Shown here: positions 1 to 9,548 of the stretch, piece after piece
Layout of the letters: each line of letters begins with the position of its first letter
Position numbering within the stretch: the first letter of the stretch is position 1
Origin: an uncultured Methanomicrobiales archaeon
GTDB taxonomy: Archaea; Halobacteriota; Methanomicrobia; Methanomicrobiales; Methanospirillaceae
Direction of reading: 5' to 3'
Assembly: GCA_903900025.1 (NCBI GenBank)
Contig: CAIULN010000075.1
Coordinates: 12-64,011 of the forward strand
Length of the DNA stretch: 64,000 nucleotides
Made by a program: the position numbers and the translations under genes
Notes under the pieces: model-generated
Seen by the model: only the letters and a program-made list of their open reading frames with translations
What the model was told of the DNA's origin: nothing
The model's database searches: none

Positions 1-265
1 TGTCGCGGCGCATGTGGGTGCGCTCCAAATTTGTCATGGCCGCCACGTTCTTCCCGTTGATAAAAAGGGTGCCGGATGTGGGGACATCAAGGATGCCGAG
101 CTGGTTCATCATCGTGGATTTCCCCGAACCCGACGGGCCCATGATCGCCACGAACTCATTTTCCAGAATATCGACCGAGACGTGGTTGAGCGCAGTGACG
201 TCACCACTCTCCAGGTGGTACACTTTGGTTACATCCGCAAGCCGGATAAGAGGGAAATCGCTCAT
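1..265 (-). CDS. ABC transporter ATP-binding protein, N-terminal part (gene continues past the window edge)
   Basis: Minus-strand ORF with ATG at 265 running off the left edge. Translation MSDFPLIRLADVTKVYHLESGDVTALNHVSVDILENEFVAIMGPSGSGKSTMMN... has Walker A GPSGSGKST, MacB/LolD-like. Confidence 0.85.
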   Translation of the reverse strand, partial: MSDFPLIRLADVTKVYHLESGDVTALNHVSVDILENEFVAIMGPSGSGKSTMMNQLGILDVPTSGTLFINGKNVAAMTNLERTHMRRD

Positions 266-276
266 GCCGTGCCCTG

Positions 277-1602
277 TCATTTCCTCTTTAACTTTACAGC
301 GATCCATTTCCGCTTCCTGTACACGACAATGCCGGCAACGATGATGATGCCTGCCGCGATGACAGGATAAAATGAACTGATGCCTCCGCCCCTGCTGCCG
401 CCAAACCCGAAGATGCTGCCCCCGCCCGGACCGCCACCCGGGTTGCCACCGGTTCTCGCTGTAGTACTGCCTGTTGATCCGGTAGTCGTAACAGAAACCG
501 TACTGCCGGAACTGCCCGTTATTGCGCCGGTGGTGCCCGAACCGGCATTTGCCCTGAGATTAAGGTTCTTTGTCCTGGAAAAGGAATTCCCGTCCCGGTC
601 CTTCCAGCTGATGATCAGGGGCACTGATGAAAGGTCGGTGCTTGTAAACGTCAGTTCGAAACTCGAAAAGTCATCAGATGCGAGCGAGCCGATTGCATAT
701 TCAGAGTACGGTTCAACGGCACGTGCGGGTGATCCAACCGTTACCACCATGGACTTGGCATCCGTGAGGCCGGCGTTGCTTATATCCCCGGTAATCGTAT
801 ACGACGACCCTGAAGACGTCAGGGCAACGTTGTTGACGACGGGCTGTACCGCCATTTTATCATCGCTGAGGGTTATGGGAAGGACAACATCTGCAGTATG
901 CTCGTTATCCCCGTTCCAGTAGCTGACATGGAATGTGAGGTCCGATTCCTGGCGCGGTGTGACGGCAAACGGGATCTCAATGGAACTGCCGGCGCCCAGT
1001 GAACTGATATACTTCACGGACGGGCTTACGTCGATGCCGGTCCCCGCCGGTGTCACCATGATCTTTTTGATCTCTGCGTTACGGGGATTGATGAGGCTTA
1101 CATTGACCGTATCCTTTGTGGAGAGGGAGAAATTGTCCGGTTTTTCCGAGATGCTTGCCTTGAGTTCTGTTGAATCCACCTTGATGATGAGCGGGTAGTG
1201 AATACTTCCGGAACTCTCTGTCCCGATACTAAAGAGCGGGAAATAGGTCCCGTCCGGCGGGTCGGCCTTGATCTGGAATGTATAGGTTATCGTGGATCCC
1301 GACCCGATGTAACTGACAGTGTTCCAGGTATTCTTGTTGACAATATGGATCTTATTGTCTAGGATATCCGGGTCTGAGAGCCCGACAGACTGGGTGCCTG
1401 AATTCATCAGCGTGATGGTAACGGTTCCCACTTCATAGGGATAGAATACCGCAGGGTCGATTTTAACGGACGATACATAGACAAGCGATGCCGCGTCCTG
1501 CCCAGCGGTCGATGTTGACGAACTGTCTGTGGTTGCCGCATGGGCGGCTGATATCATCAGCACGAGCAGGATACAACTGAATATGACGGTTTTTTTTCTC
1601 AT
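277..1602 (-). CDS. Secreted CARDB/COG1361-like surface protein with C-terminal membrane anchor
   Basis: Track ORF 277..1887 trimmed to the Met at 1602 (MRKKTVIFSCILLVLMISAAHA, signal-peptide-like). Beta-rich repeated modules, Ser/Thr/Gly stalk, C-terminal hydrophobic helix VIAAGIIIVAGIVVY followed by RKRKW. Lies 11 nt upstream of the ABC ATPase gene. Confidence 0.7.
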   Translation of the reverse strand: MRKKTVIFSCILLVLMISAAHAATTDSSSTSTAGQDAASLVYVSSVKIDPAVFYPYEVGTVTITLMNSGTQSVGLSDPDILDNKIHIVNKNTWNTVSYIGSGSTITYTFQIKADPPDGTYFPLFSIGTESSGSIHYPLIIKVDSTELKASISEKPDNFSLSTKDTVNVSLINPRNAEIKKIMVTPAGTGIDVSPSVKYISSLGAGSSIEIPFAVTPRQESDLTFHVSYWNGDNEHTADVVLPITLSDDKMAVQPVVNNVALTSSGSSYTITGDISNAGLTDAKSMVVTVGSPARAVEPYSEYAIGSLASDDFSSFELTFTSTDLSSVPLIISWKDRDGNSFSRTKNLNLRANAGSGTTGAITGSSGSTVSVTTTGSTGSTTARTGGNPGGGPGGGSIFGFGGSRGGGISSFYPVIAAGIIIVAGIVVYRKRKWIAVKLKRK

Positions 1603-1771
1603 AAATCCTCGATGGTATTGTGCACGTTGAGATCTCGTTTTGTCGGTTCCTGATCGTGGGATATAACCGTGTACTCCCTCACGGATCCCTGCACGATCCG
1701 GGTGCCGGTAATAATGGTAATCATGATAGTTCAGCCCAAAAAAAAGGAAACTTGCCGTGGGTTTTTGTCCT

Positions 1772-2113
1772 CTATGACTGCCGGCTGTCCTTTCCCGCCG
1801 GGTGGTTAACGGGGTGACAGGCAACCTTCGCATCCGGATGTGCCTTAAGATGGGCGTCGAACCATGTTTTGACTGATGCCGTATCATGGTTCTGGAGCGC
1901 GGCTTTTACTTCAGTTACATCAACGCCCTGTTGTTCAAGCCGGTCGATGATCTTCTGAGGCGCGAACTGCCCGGCCCTGCTTTTGAAATTATCGGCAGTG
2001 GCAGGCCGGGTCAGGTCTGCTGCATTGACGATGCCAATCAACAGCACCACAATGCAGTAGACAACAAGAGCCCCGACAATTATTTTTGGTGTTTTCATTC
2101 TGGTGTTCTCCAT
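1772..2113 (-). CDS. Small N-terminally anchored hypothetical protein
   Basis: Track ORF 1772..2200. Preferred start is MENTRMKTPKIIVGALVVYCIVVLLIGIV (ATG at 2113) because the longer start would overlap the promoter-like motif at 2175..2190. One TM segment, no recognisable family. Confidence 0.45.
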   Translation of the reverse strand: MENTRMKTPKIIVGALVVYCIVVLLIGIVNAADLTRPATADNFKSRAGQFAPQKIIDRLEQQGVDVTEVKAALQNHDTASVKTWFDAHLKAHPDAKVACHPVNHPAGKDSRQS

Positions 2114-2174
2114 GGTGGTACTGGTGTGTACATGCTGGCGCGGTAGCGGGCGCACAACATGTAAAGTATATTTT

Positions 2175-2190
2175 ACATTTTGTAATATAA
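2175..2190 (-). promoter_or_regulatory. Shared promoter/operator-like motif ACATTTTGTAATATAA (copy 1), TATA-like TTATATTAC on the minus strand
   Basis: Matches 15 of 16 nt of the motif at 3044..3059. Both copies sit upstream of minus-strand genes next to an XRE-type regulator. Confidence 0.4.
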
Positions 2191-2363
2191 ACTTTTTCAT
2201 TTTACTGGTATAGATTCCAATTTGGGAACAACCGGTGATGTCTTCCCCCTCCGTTCATGGAGAGGGCCGCGCGCAAATGAGCGCACGAGAAATCCCCATT
2301 ATAGACCCAATGCAGGGGGGCTTTGTGTGGTGCACAACGTTCCAATAAAAAAATTAAGGATTA

Positions 2364-2582
2364 TCAGTCGATAGCAACGGTACTGGTCACTGCATCGTAC
2401 AGGAAAATTTCCTCAATGGTGACGTTGAAGTGCCGGGCAATTTTAATTGCAAGGTCAAGGGATGGGACGTATTTCCCTTTTTCTATGGCAAGAATCGTCT
2501 GCCGAGTGACCCCGATTGCCTTTGCAAGGTCCTCCTGCGTGAGGTCGTGCATTGCCCGGAACACCTTGATCTTATTCTTCAT
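2364..2582 (-). CDS. XRE-family helix-turn-helix transcriptional regulator
   Basis: MKNKIKVFRAMHDLTQEDLAKAIGVTRQTILAIEKGKYVPSLDLAIKIARHFNVTIEEIF is a typical Cro/C1-type HTH. Start trimmed to ATG at 2582. Overlaps the upstream membrane-protein gene by 11 nt. Confidence 0.85.
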   Translation of the reverse strand: MKNKIKVFRAMHDLTQEDLAKAIGVTRQTILAIEKGKYVPSLDLAIKIARHFNVTIEEIFLYDAVTSTVAID

Positions 2583-3018
2583 CGATCTCCCAGTCCCCGT
2601 ATTTCCGGGCATAGTACATCCTGAAGCCGACGTAGAGGAAGAACATCAGGCACAGCAGCCCGAGCTGAACATATCCCATCGATCTCGGGGGCAGGATTTC
2701 AGACGGACGGATAGGCGGAGCTGCCCGGGGAAAAGAGGGGACATGAAGGATCTGCATGACAGCCCCGATAGAGAATGCACAGAATACCACCCAGAATACC
2801 TGCAGCGTTCTCATCGCCGCTTTCTCGGTGATCTTTGCGCTCCGCTCGTCTTCAATGAGATCCACAACCTTCCGCCGCGCCAGGTACACCGCGGCAACTG
2901 CAGCGATGAATGCGATCTCAATTAAAAGCGGTGTATGGATCTCTTCTGAATACCAGAAAAGGCCAACAAGGACGATCGCAATGCAGCCGACAATAAGATA
3001 AAAGGAGTTTTTTTTCAT
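2572..3018 (-). CDS. Multi-pass membrane protein (DUF2178-like) co-transcribed with the HTH regulator
   Basis: 148-aa ORF with four hydrophobic segments. This membrane protein plus small XRE regulator pairing is a common two-gene module. The family name is a tentative recollection. Confidence 0.65.
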   Translation of the reverse strand: MKKNSFYLIVGCIAIVLVGLFWYSEEIHTPLLIEIAFIAAVAAVYLARRKVVDLIEDERSAKITEKAAMRTLQVFWVVFCAFSIGAVMQILHVPSFPRAAPPIRPSEILPPRSMGYVQLGLLCLMFFLYVGFRMYYARKYGDWEIDEE

Positions 3019-3043
3019 GGCGTCCCTTTGTTAAGTAAATTAT

Positions 3044-3059
3044 ACATTTGGTAATATAA
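3044..3059 (-). promoter_or_regulatory. Shared promoter/operator-like motif ACATTTGGTAATATAA (copy 2)
   Basis: Lies 26 nt upstream of the ATG at 3018. The minus strand reads TTATATTACCAAATGT, which is TATA-box-like. Near-identical to 2175..2190. Confidence 0.4.
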
Positions 3060-3584
3060 GCATGACTATTGGATCCTTTTCCCCCATTACATCAGGAAAT
3101 CAGGGACATTCCGGATACCCATGAGGGGGAAGGGACAGAACCAGAAGGGTAACAATTTTTTGTCAATGCTCATTACCGGCAATAATGGGACAATTCCCCG
3201 CATATTTATTGCCGAATATTTCGGCATTAAGTAACGCATACTGCTGAATTACAGGAGGAACATATCCTGCGGAGATGCATGATGAAATCCGGGACCGTGC
3301 TGCAGGAAGCGGTATCGCTAGCATACACCTGCCGGCAGTTTATCCCGACGAAAAGCCAATGGTTCCCGGAGAGGGGGAGGGCACGCAACGAGGGCTTATA
3401 CCGCCGGGTCCTGAATGGATGGAGATTGCCATGGTGATCGCTTGCGTCAATACTAACCTGGTCGTGGGATCAGACGGTTCATACAGGACATATCCCCTCC
3501 AAAAAAAACATAGTACGCACGTGTTTTTGGCCAGATTATATCGTATAATTTATCAACCACCGTCTCTGAAAAGAGCTGGGAAGT

Positions 3585-4208
3585 ATGGCCAGGTTCGAGT
3601 GCATCAGGTGCGGGAAATGCTGCCGGAGCTTTGGGGAATTTATCAGGGTTGAACGGAAGCTCACGGAGAGGGATTTTTATTGCCGGTACGGGATCACCAA
3701 TGAACTCTTTTTAGTCCATGTCCAGCCGGAATTTGCTAAAGAGATTTCAGATGAATTTTCCAAATGGGGGGAAACAAAAAAGGATCCGGCTCAGAAAGGG
3801 TGTCTATTCATGCGGGAGAATCCTGCAGGCAAGGGTTTTGCATGTGCAATTTATCCCACACGCCCCTCGATCTGCCGGGAGTTCAAGTGCTACCGCATGC
3901 TGATCCACCACACCCCGAGCGGTGAACTTCGCGGGAAGGTGATCGGGATCAACGAGCTCAGGACCCAGGACGAGATACTGGCAGCGATCTGGAAAGAAAA
4001 GATATCGCCATTGCCACACCCGATTGAAAGCCAGCATACCCCGGCACAAACTGCCCACCGCCCGGGAGCGCCGGCAGTCCACGGGAATGATACCCATATC
4101 CATGCCCACCTCTACGGGCTGACGCGTAACGAGGACAAAGTGTGGGTGAACAATGTCATTACCGTACTCGCGGCACACGGGTACCATGCGGACCCCGTTG
4201 AAGATTGA
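3585..4208 (+). CDS. YkgJ-type CxxCxxCC cysteine-cluster protein
   Basis: N-terminus MARFECIRCGKCCRSFGEF plus the later CAIYPTRPSICREFKC motif matches the UPF0153/YkgJ Fe-S/Zn cluster family pattern. Confidence 0.75.
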   Translation: MARFECIRCGKCCRSFGEFIRVERKLTERDFYCRYGITNELFLVHVQPEFAKEISDEFSKWGETKKDPAQKGCLFMRENPAGKGFACAIYPTRPSICREFKCYRMLIHHTPSGELRGKVIGINELRTQDEILAAIWKEKISPLPHPIESQHTPAQTAHRPGAPAVHGNDTHIHAHLYGLTRNEDKVWVNNVITVLAAHGYHADPVED

Positions 4209-4423
4209 CCCTTTTTTGCAGTAAGAAAAGCATCTGTTTTACAAATCCCTCATGATCCCTCATCTGGTGATCAACCGCACATTCCCTCCTTTTCACCCGC
4301 GCCGGAAGGATTGAAAGAATACCGGACAACGGTTCGGTGCTGCACTACCCTCTTTGACCTGTGAATGACAGCATGCACATCGATCAGGCAGAAGGCCCGG
4401 GTACCTTTCATGCGGGGCGTGTG

Positions 4424-5188
4424 TTATGGAAGATTTGAAATCGTCGCAAAATCCTCCAGGTACAGCTCCTCGGGGCGGCTTGCGAGGACCTCGGGCGGGA
4501 GTGCGGCAATCAGCCGCTGGACCCATCCGGATTCCAGCATGCCCGAGGATCTTTTCAGGCAGTTGCGCACGGTCTTGCGCCGGTGAGAGAAGAGCGCCCG
4601 GACGACATCTGCATAGCGTTTTGTATCCTTGATAAAGAAGATCGGAGGGCGGGGAATGACCTTGACAACGGTTGAGTGCACCTGCGGTCTGGGCGAGAAG
4701 CAGTTCGGGGGCAGGGTGAAGCACTGCTGTACCGTGGCGTATGTCTGCACCATGATCGAGAGCCTGCCACAGTCCTTGGTGCCGGCGGGGGCGGCCATCC
4801 GTTTTGCAAACTCCATCTGGTACATCAGCACCGCGACCTCGAATCCATGCTCAAGCAGACGGAACGTGATCTTCGATGATACAGAGTACGGGAGGTTGGA
4901 GACGACCATCGAAAAATGAGGTAACTCGCAGCGGCTCGCATCGCCATGCGTGACGGTGAACCTGCCGGCAGCGATTTCATGACGGAAGCGGTCATGCAGC
5001 CCCTCACAGAGCTCCTGGTCCAGCTCCACCGCGTGCACGGTCGCCCCGTGGTTCAGGAGTGCCTGTGTCAGCGCACCGTCCCCAGGCCCGACCTCCAGCA
5101 CTTCGCGATCACTCACATCCACAAGGGATACGATCCGTTCGACCGCAGACGGGTCGATTAAGAAATGCTGGTCGTGATACGCCTTCAT
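4424..5188 (-). CDS. rsmA: 16S rRNA (adenine1518/1519-N6)-dimethyltransferase KsgA/Dim1
   Basis: HFLIDPSAVERIV, SAM motif VLEVGPGDGALT and catalytic NLPYSVSS. Start trimmed to MKAYHDQHF (ATG 5188), giving a 4-nt overlap with the upstream gene stop. Confidence 0.9.
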   Translation of the reverse strand: MKAYHDQHFLIDPSAVERIVSLVDVSDREVLEVGPGDGALTQALLNHGATVHAVELDQELCEGLHDRFRHEIAAGRFTVTHGDASRCELPHFSMVVSNLPYSVSSKITFRLLEHGFEVAVLMYQMEFAKRMAAPAGTKDCGRLSIMVQTYATVQQCFTLPPNCFSPRPQVHSTVVKVIPRPPIFFIKDTKRYADVVRALFSHRRKTVRNCLKRSSGMLESGWVQRLIAALPPEVLASRPEELYLEDFATISNLP

Positions 5189-5748
5189 TTCGTGGTGAAG
5201 ACGTGGTATTTCACGTCCTTGCTCTGCAGCTCTTCCATGATCCGGGCAATGATCATCTTCTCCGGGTGCGGGATGGACTTGATGCGTGCTGAAATATCGA
5301 AAAAGCTCTCGAACAGCTTCCGGTTTCTGGCGTCCAGAATCTCCCACATCAGTTTCTTGCCGATGCCCGGGAGCAGGTGGAGCATGTGCATCTTTGGGGT
5401 GATCGGGACCGCGGTATTGAAGAACTGGACGAAGTCGTGCTCACGCTCTTTGACCACCTTTTCCACGATGAACGGCAGTTCGCCCCGGGCAGTCTGCGTC
5501 AGCTCCTCGTACCCGATCCTCCGCTTCACCCGCTCGATCTGCTCCCGCTCGCCATCCCCGATATAGAGCTTCTCGTACAGTTCGATGGCGATGCCTGGTT
5601 TTGGCACGAGCTCGAGAAGCTTGAACTGCTCAAGTCCCATTGCCTGTACAAGGGGCTCACGCTTGAACGGGGGGCGGGGGTCCTCAGGGTGCCCTTTTGC
5701 CAGTACATCGAGGACTATGCAGTTGATCTCCTTCTTCTCGACCTTCAT
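5185..5748 (-). CDS. DUF655-family protein (conserved archaeal partner of KsgA/RpoF)
   Basis: 187-aa ORF MKVEKKEINCIVLDVLAKGHPED...HLLPGIGKKLMWEIL with a helix-hairpin-helix-like GIGKK. Sits in the conserved position between rpoF and ksgA. Confidence 0.8.
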   Translation of the reverse strand: MKVEKKEINCIVLDVLAKGHPEDPRPPFKREPLVQAMGLEQFKLLELVPKPGIAIELYEKLYIGDGEREQIERVKRRIGYEELTQTARGELPFIVEKVVKEREHDFVQFFNTAVPITPKMHMLHLLPGIGKKLMWEILDARNRKLFESFFDISARIKSIPHPEKMIIARIMEELQSKDVKYHVFTTK

Positions 5749-5757
5749 TGCGCCACC

Positions 5758-6108
5758 TCAGAAATGGGATGAAACGATCTCGAGAATGGCATCGAGTTCT
5801 TCGGGAACGAGCGTGAACCGTTCCTTTGCATAGATAGCCCGCAGCTCGTCACGTGTCCGGGGCATGACATTTGCGATGCGGTAGGCGATCTCTGGCTTCA
5901 TCTTCTCCAGTTTTAAGAGTGCCTGGACGAGCGATGCTGACTTTTCAGGTGTGGTCTTTGCGAGTTGATTGGCATGCTCGATGCTGCGGCGAAACTCGTA
6001 GGACATCTCCTTTTCAGCGGCAATCCGCTGCGACTCAACGCCCAGCAGGACTTCGCGTATCTGGGGGAGTGTGACCTTCTCTTCGCTAACAATACCCTTG
6101 ACTTTCAT
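5758..6108 (-). CDS. rpoF: DNA-directed RNA polymerase subunit F (Rpo4)
   Basis: 116-aa ORF in the canonical position after L21e. Helical Rpb4-like sequence (TLPQIREVLL...KLEKMKPEIAYRIANVMPRTRDELRAIY). Confidence 0.8.
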   Translation of the reverse strand: MKVKGIVSEEKVTLPQIREVLLGVESQRIAAEKEMSYEFRRSIEHANQLAKTTPEKSASLVQALLKLEKMKPEIAYRIANVMPRTRDELRAIYAKERFTLVPEELDAILEIVSSHF

Positions 6109-6129
6109 GCCAGACTCCTGATAGTGGAT

Positions 6130-6420
6130 TTACCGTTGTGCTTTTAGATGTTGTGGTCGTGCGATCACGATCTTCTCGGAATTTCCGTCAGCAATTGCGA
6201 GCATCCATGCGCGACCGCGCTGGCCGACAACGGTCCCTGTCCTGCCGTGGAACCTGCGGTGGGGCATGCCTTTCTGGACGCTTGAGTCGCAGACGATATG
6301 GACTTTGTCACCGACTTCAAATTTCTGGATGACGCAGGTGCACGGCGGCAGTCCGCGCTTCCTCAATTCCTTCTTGAACTTATAACGTGTCTTTTTTCGT
6401 GGTCCGTTGTGATGTGCCAT
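6130..6420 (-). CDS. rpl21e: 50S ribosomal protein L21e
   Basis: MAHHNGPRKKTRYKFKKELRKRGLPP...GMPHRRFHGRTGTVVG is an unmistakable L21e signature. Confidence 0.92.
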   Translation of the reverse strand: MAHHNGPRKKTRYKFKKELRKRGLPPCTCVIQKFEVGDKVHIVCDSSVQKGMPHRRFHGRTGTVVGQRGRAWMLAIADGNSEKIVIARPQHLKAQR

Positions 6421-6422
6421 GC

Positions 6423-7655
6423 TTACTCTCCCTCCCTTGTTCCCCCGACCTGCAGGACATCAAGGCTGGTGACGTGCGCCGGTCGTTGCAGGATCTCGGC
6501 AAGACTCGGGTGTGTTCTTCCCTGATCGCCTGACACGAGTTCTTTGATGTAGAGGCCGGCTTCGCCGAGGATTTCGGCAATAAATCTGCCGTCCTGCACA
6601 CCTGCATACTCGATATCGAGGACTCGGCGCTCCCGGACCTTGTCAGCTCTCCGGTGGGCGACCCGCTCGGGCGTGCGCTGGTATATTGTTACGCCCTTTA
6701 AGGTTTTTAAGGCATTTGCGAACTCTTCCGCAGATAATGCACCTTCAACCTCAACCAGGATCCTGTATTTTTTATGCGCTTTACTGGATTTAAGGGTTTC
6801 CACCTCTGCCCGCTCGCTCCACCGCATAAGAGTCACTGCCACCCGTCCGGCTGCACTCCGGTTGATCGCGTCCTCAACAGACGCAAGATCCACCGTCCGC
6901 CGCTTTGGGGCGACAACTTCAAGGATAAACGGTCTGCCCGTGCCGATCATCCGTGCATCGATGTCTTCCCTTCCTGCACCGTGGAGCACCGCATTTTTTG
7001 CAAAAAACAGGGCAATGACCGGGCGCCCGATCAGCTCTTCCACCGAGTCCTGGTACTGTTTGCCGGTAAAATTGCATTTCTCGCACCCGGCACCCCGGCA
7101 GGCGCGGCAGTCCCAGTGCGTCTGGGGAATGCCCCGCTCATGTTTCCGGTACCTGCCGTAGAAAAAGAGCGGGCTGATCTGCACATCGACTTCATCCCGT
7201 GCAAGGTCTAAAAGCAGGACAATGTCGGGTTTTTTAAAGTCAACGTCTTTTCCCGTGATGGCAGAGACCGCTTTGCCCACTTCCCGGTTTATCTCTGACT
7301 TGATGGGTTCCGGGTCGGCAAGGGAGAGGTCGCTCCAGACCATCTCCTCGCTCTCTGATATCAGCGGGGGGACGCGGCAACCGACAAGGAACGTTGTATA
7401 CTCAATCCCTTCCATGGCAGCAATGGCACGCTCTGCCCACACTGCTATGGTCTCGAAAAAATTACCGCAGACCCAGCAGGTACCGGTGAACGGTTCAAAA
7501 GGGAGGTTCTCTGCAACCGCACGGGCAGTCCGCACCGCACTGCCCCGCTCATCATTGGTGAGCCCGTGCCCGCGTTTGCCAAAGAACCTGCCAAGGCAGT
7601 GGTCGCAACAGTCCCCGTAGGAAAGGATTTTGCCAACGGTCTCGTTCATTTCCAT
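6423..7655 (-). CDS. pus10: tRNA pseudouridine(54/55) synthase Pus10
   Basis: 410 aa with an N-terminal Zn-ribbon (CCDHCLGR...CWVCG), THUMP-like middle region and a catalytic domain with GREDIDARMIGTGRPF. Confidence 0.9.
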   Translation of the reverse strand: MEMNETVGKILSYGDCCDHCLGRFFGKRGHGLTNDERGSAVRTARAVAENLPFEPFTGTCWVCGNFFETIAVWAERAIAAMEGIEYTTFLVGCRVPPLISESEEMVWSDLSLADPEPIKSEINREVGKAVSAITGKDVDFKKPDIVLLLDLARDEVDVQISPLFFYGRYRKHERGIPQTHWDCRACRGAGCEKCNFTGKQYQDSVEELIGRPVIALFFAKNAVLHGAGREDIDARMIGTGRPFILEVVAPKRRTVDLASVEDAINRSAAGRVAVTLMRWSERAEVETLKSSKAHKKYRILVEVEGALSAEEFANALKTLKGVTIYQRTPERVAHRRADKVRERRVLDIEYAGVQDGRFIAEILGEAGLYIKELVSGDQGRTHPSLAEILQRPAHVTSLDVLQVGGTREGE

Positions 7656-8224
7656 CCGGCACCCCTCCGGTCCAGTTCATTGAGCAGCACCGTGATTGCA
7701 GAATCGGCGTGGAGGACCGCCGGACCGACAGAAAATTTCGGGCACGCCGATAGCAGCGTTTCCTCATCTGCAGAAAAATTCAGGTGGTCGGAGAGCAGGA
7801 ACGCATCCGGTACCACATCAGCTGTGCGGATGTCGGTACCCCTCTCATCCAGCACGCCGAACCGGTGTTCCCGGACCAGCCGTTCGACCCCGCCCTTCCG
7901 CACGGATACCCCCTCTGAGGATTCGCGGAACTCAGAACCGCACGGGAGTAAAAGCGCTTTTTTTATCAGCGCTGCCGGGCTGCGTTCGTCCGGGTTCAGC
8001 GACCGCACCTTCTGCCCGGAAAATTGTACTGTCCGTGGCGGGACGGGCGGACCGAGCAGCACGATCGCACACTCCACGTCACGCCGCAGGGTGTGGGAAA
8101 GGAAGAGCGATGCATTGACGCACCGGCAGAGCACGTCCATGCGCCCCCCGCCTGACGGGAGGTCATTGAGGCTGAACGCTCCGTCAGTGCGGGCGGTATG
8201 CCCGACAATCGCAAATGACGTCAT
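7646..8224 (-). CDS. trmY: tRNA (pseudouridine54-N1)-methyltransferase TrmY (SPOUT, DUF358)
   Basis: 192-aa ORF MTSFAIVGHTARTDGAFSLNDLPSGGGRMDVLCRCV... typical of TrmY. Its stop overlaps the pus10 start by 10 nt, and this functional pairing is already known. Confidence 0.8.
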   Translation of the reverse strand: MTSFAIVGHTARTDGAFSLNDLPSGGGRMDVLCRCVNASLFLSHTLRRDVECAIVLLGPPVPPRTVQFSGQKVRSLNPDERSPAALIKKALLLPCGSEFRESSEGVSVRKGGVERLVREHRFGVLDERGTDIRTADVVPDAFLLSDHLNFSADEETLLSACPKFSVGPAVLHADSAITVLLNELDRRGAGWK

Positions 8225-8225
8225 C

Positions 8226-9548
8226 TCACTGCATCCCTGAAAAGCGCTTCATCAGGCGCTGCATGTTGAACTTGCCGCCGGCACCCCGCAGCCCCTTGAT
8301 GGTCCGCTGCATCAGCTTGTAGTATTTCAGGAGCTCCCTGACCTCATCCGGGGTTGACCCGGCACCGTGGGCAATGCGCTGCATCCGGGAGCTGTTGATG
8401 AGCGAGGGGTCGTCCAGCTCGGCACTCGTCATCGAGTCCATGATGATCCGGTAACGCACCATCTTGGTGCTCGTGACATCATAGACGCCTTCGGGGAGTT
8501 CCATGTTGCCCAGCGGGAGCATGTTCATGATCTGCTTGAGCGGGCCCATCTTGTTGAGCGCCTCGAGCTGCTGGTACATGTCGCGGAGGGTGAACTTCCC
8601 CTTCATCAGCGTGGTGGCATCCATGTCACCCGCCCTGATGGCCTCCTCCGCCCGCTCAGCGAGCGCCCGGAGGTCGCCCATGCCCAGCAGGCGGGAGATG
8701 AAGCCGTCCGGGTCGAACCGCTCGAGGTCCTCGCTCGTTTCGCCCTGCCCGATGAAGACGATCCCGCTCTTTGTCTCCGCCACCGCTGACAGCGCCCCCC
8801 CGCCTTTGGCAGTCCCGTCCATCTTCGTGATGATGACCCCGTCGATCCCGATCGCTTCGTGGAACCGTCGCGCCTGTTCGCTCGCCTGCTGCCCGAGCGC
8901 CGCATCGACGACCAGCCAGCGGTGCGTCGCTTTCACGAGCTGGTTCAACTCGATGATCTCTTGGATCAGGTTTGCCTCAAGCGCGTGCCTGCCCTGCGTG
9001 TCAACGATCAGGACTTCAAGATCCTTGAACGAATGCAGCCCCTGCCGGGTGATCGCCAGCGCATCTTTTTCCTGCGGGTTGCCAAAGCAGGGCACGTTGA
9101 TCCTCTGGCAGAGGGTAAAGAGCTGGTCGTACGCACCGGGGCGGAAGGTGTCGGCACAGATGACCCCGACCTTGAGCCCCTTCTTCTGGAAATAGCGGGC
9201 GACCTTTGCCGTCGTGGTGGTCTTGCCGCTGCCCTGCAGGCCCGCCATCAGGATGACCTGTGGTTCCAGCTTCACGTCCGTGGATGCCCAGATGAGCCGT
9301 ACGAGCTCCTGGTACACGATGCGCAGCACGTGCTCGCGCACGCTCATGACCTTTGAAGGGGCCTCGTCCAGCGAGCGGGTGCGGATCGCCTTTGAGAGCT
9401 CCATGACGAGCTTCACATTCACGTCGGCGGAAAGGAGCGCCCGCTGCAGGTCTTTGACCAGCTCGTCGACGGCTGCACGGTCGACGACCGTCCTGCCCGC
9501 GAGCTTCTTGAGGGCATCCTTTAACGATGTCGACAGGGAGTCGAGCAT
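8226..9548 (-). CDS. srp54: Signal recognition particle protein SRP54
   Basis: NG domain with [15 protein letters not shown] and TKMDG, followed by a Met-rich M domain ([22 protein letters not shown]). Confidence 0.95.
   Translation of the reverse strand: MLDSLSTSLKDALKKLAGRTVVDRAAVDELVKDLQRALLSADVNVKLVMELSKAIRTRSLDEAPSKVMSVREHVLRIVYQELVRLIWASTDVKLEPQVILMAGLQGSGKTTTTAKVARYFQKKGLKVGVICADTFRPGAYDQLFTLCQRINVPCFGNPQEKDALAITRQGLHSFKDLEVLIVDTQGRHALEANLIQEIIELNQLVKATHRWLVVDAALGQQASEQARRFHEAIGIDGVIITKMDGTAKGGGALSAVAETKSGIVFIGQGETSEDLERFDPDGFISRLLGMGDLRALAERAEEAIRAGDMDATTLMKGKFTLRDMYQQLEALNKMGPLKQIMNMLPLGNMELPEGVYDVTSTKMVRYRIIMDSMTSAELDDPSLINSSRMQRIAHGAGSTPDEVRELLKYYKLMQRTIKGLRGAGGKFNMQRLMKRFSGMQ

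Noticed and set aside
3275-3652. 125-codon plus-strand ORF in the long spacer before the YkgJ-type gene
   Set aside because: It has no SD, overlaps the start of the following gene by 68 nt in another frame, and has no recognisable motif. The region is reported as a spacer finding instead.
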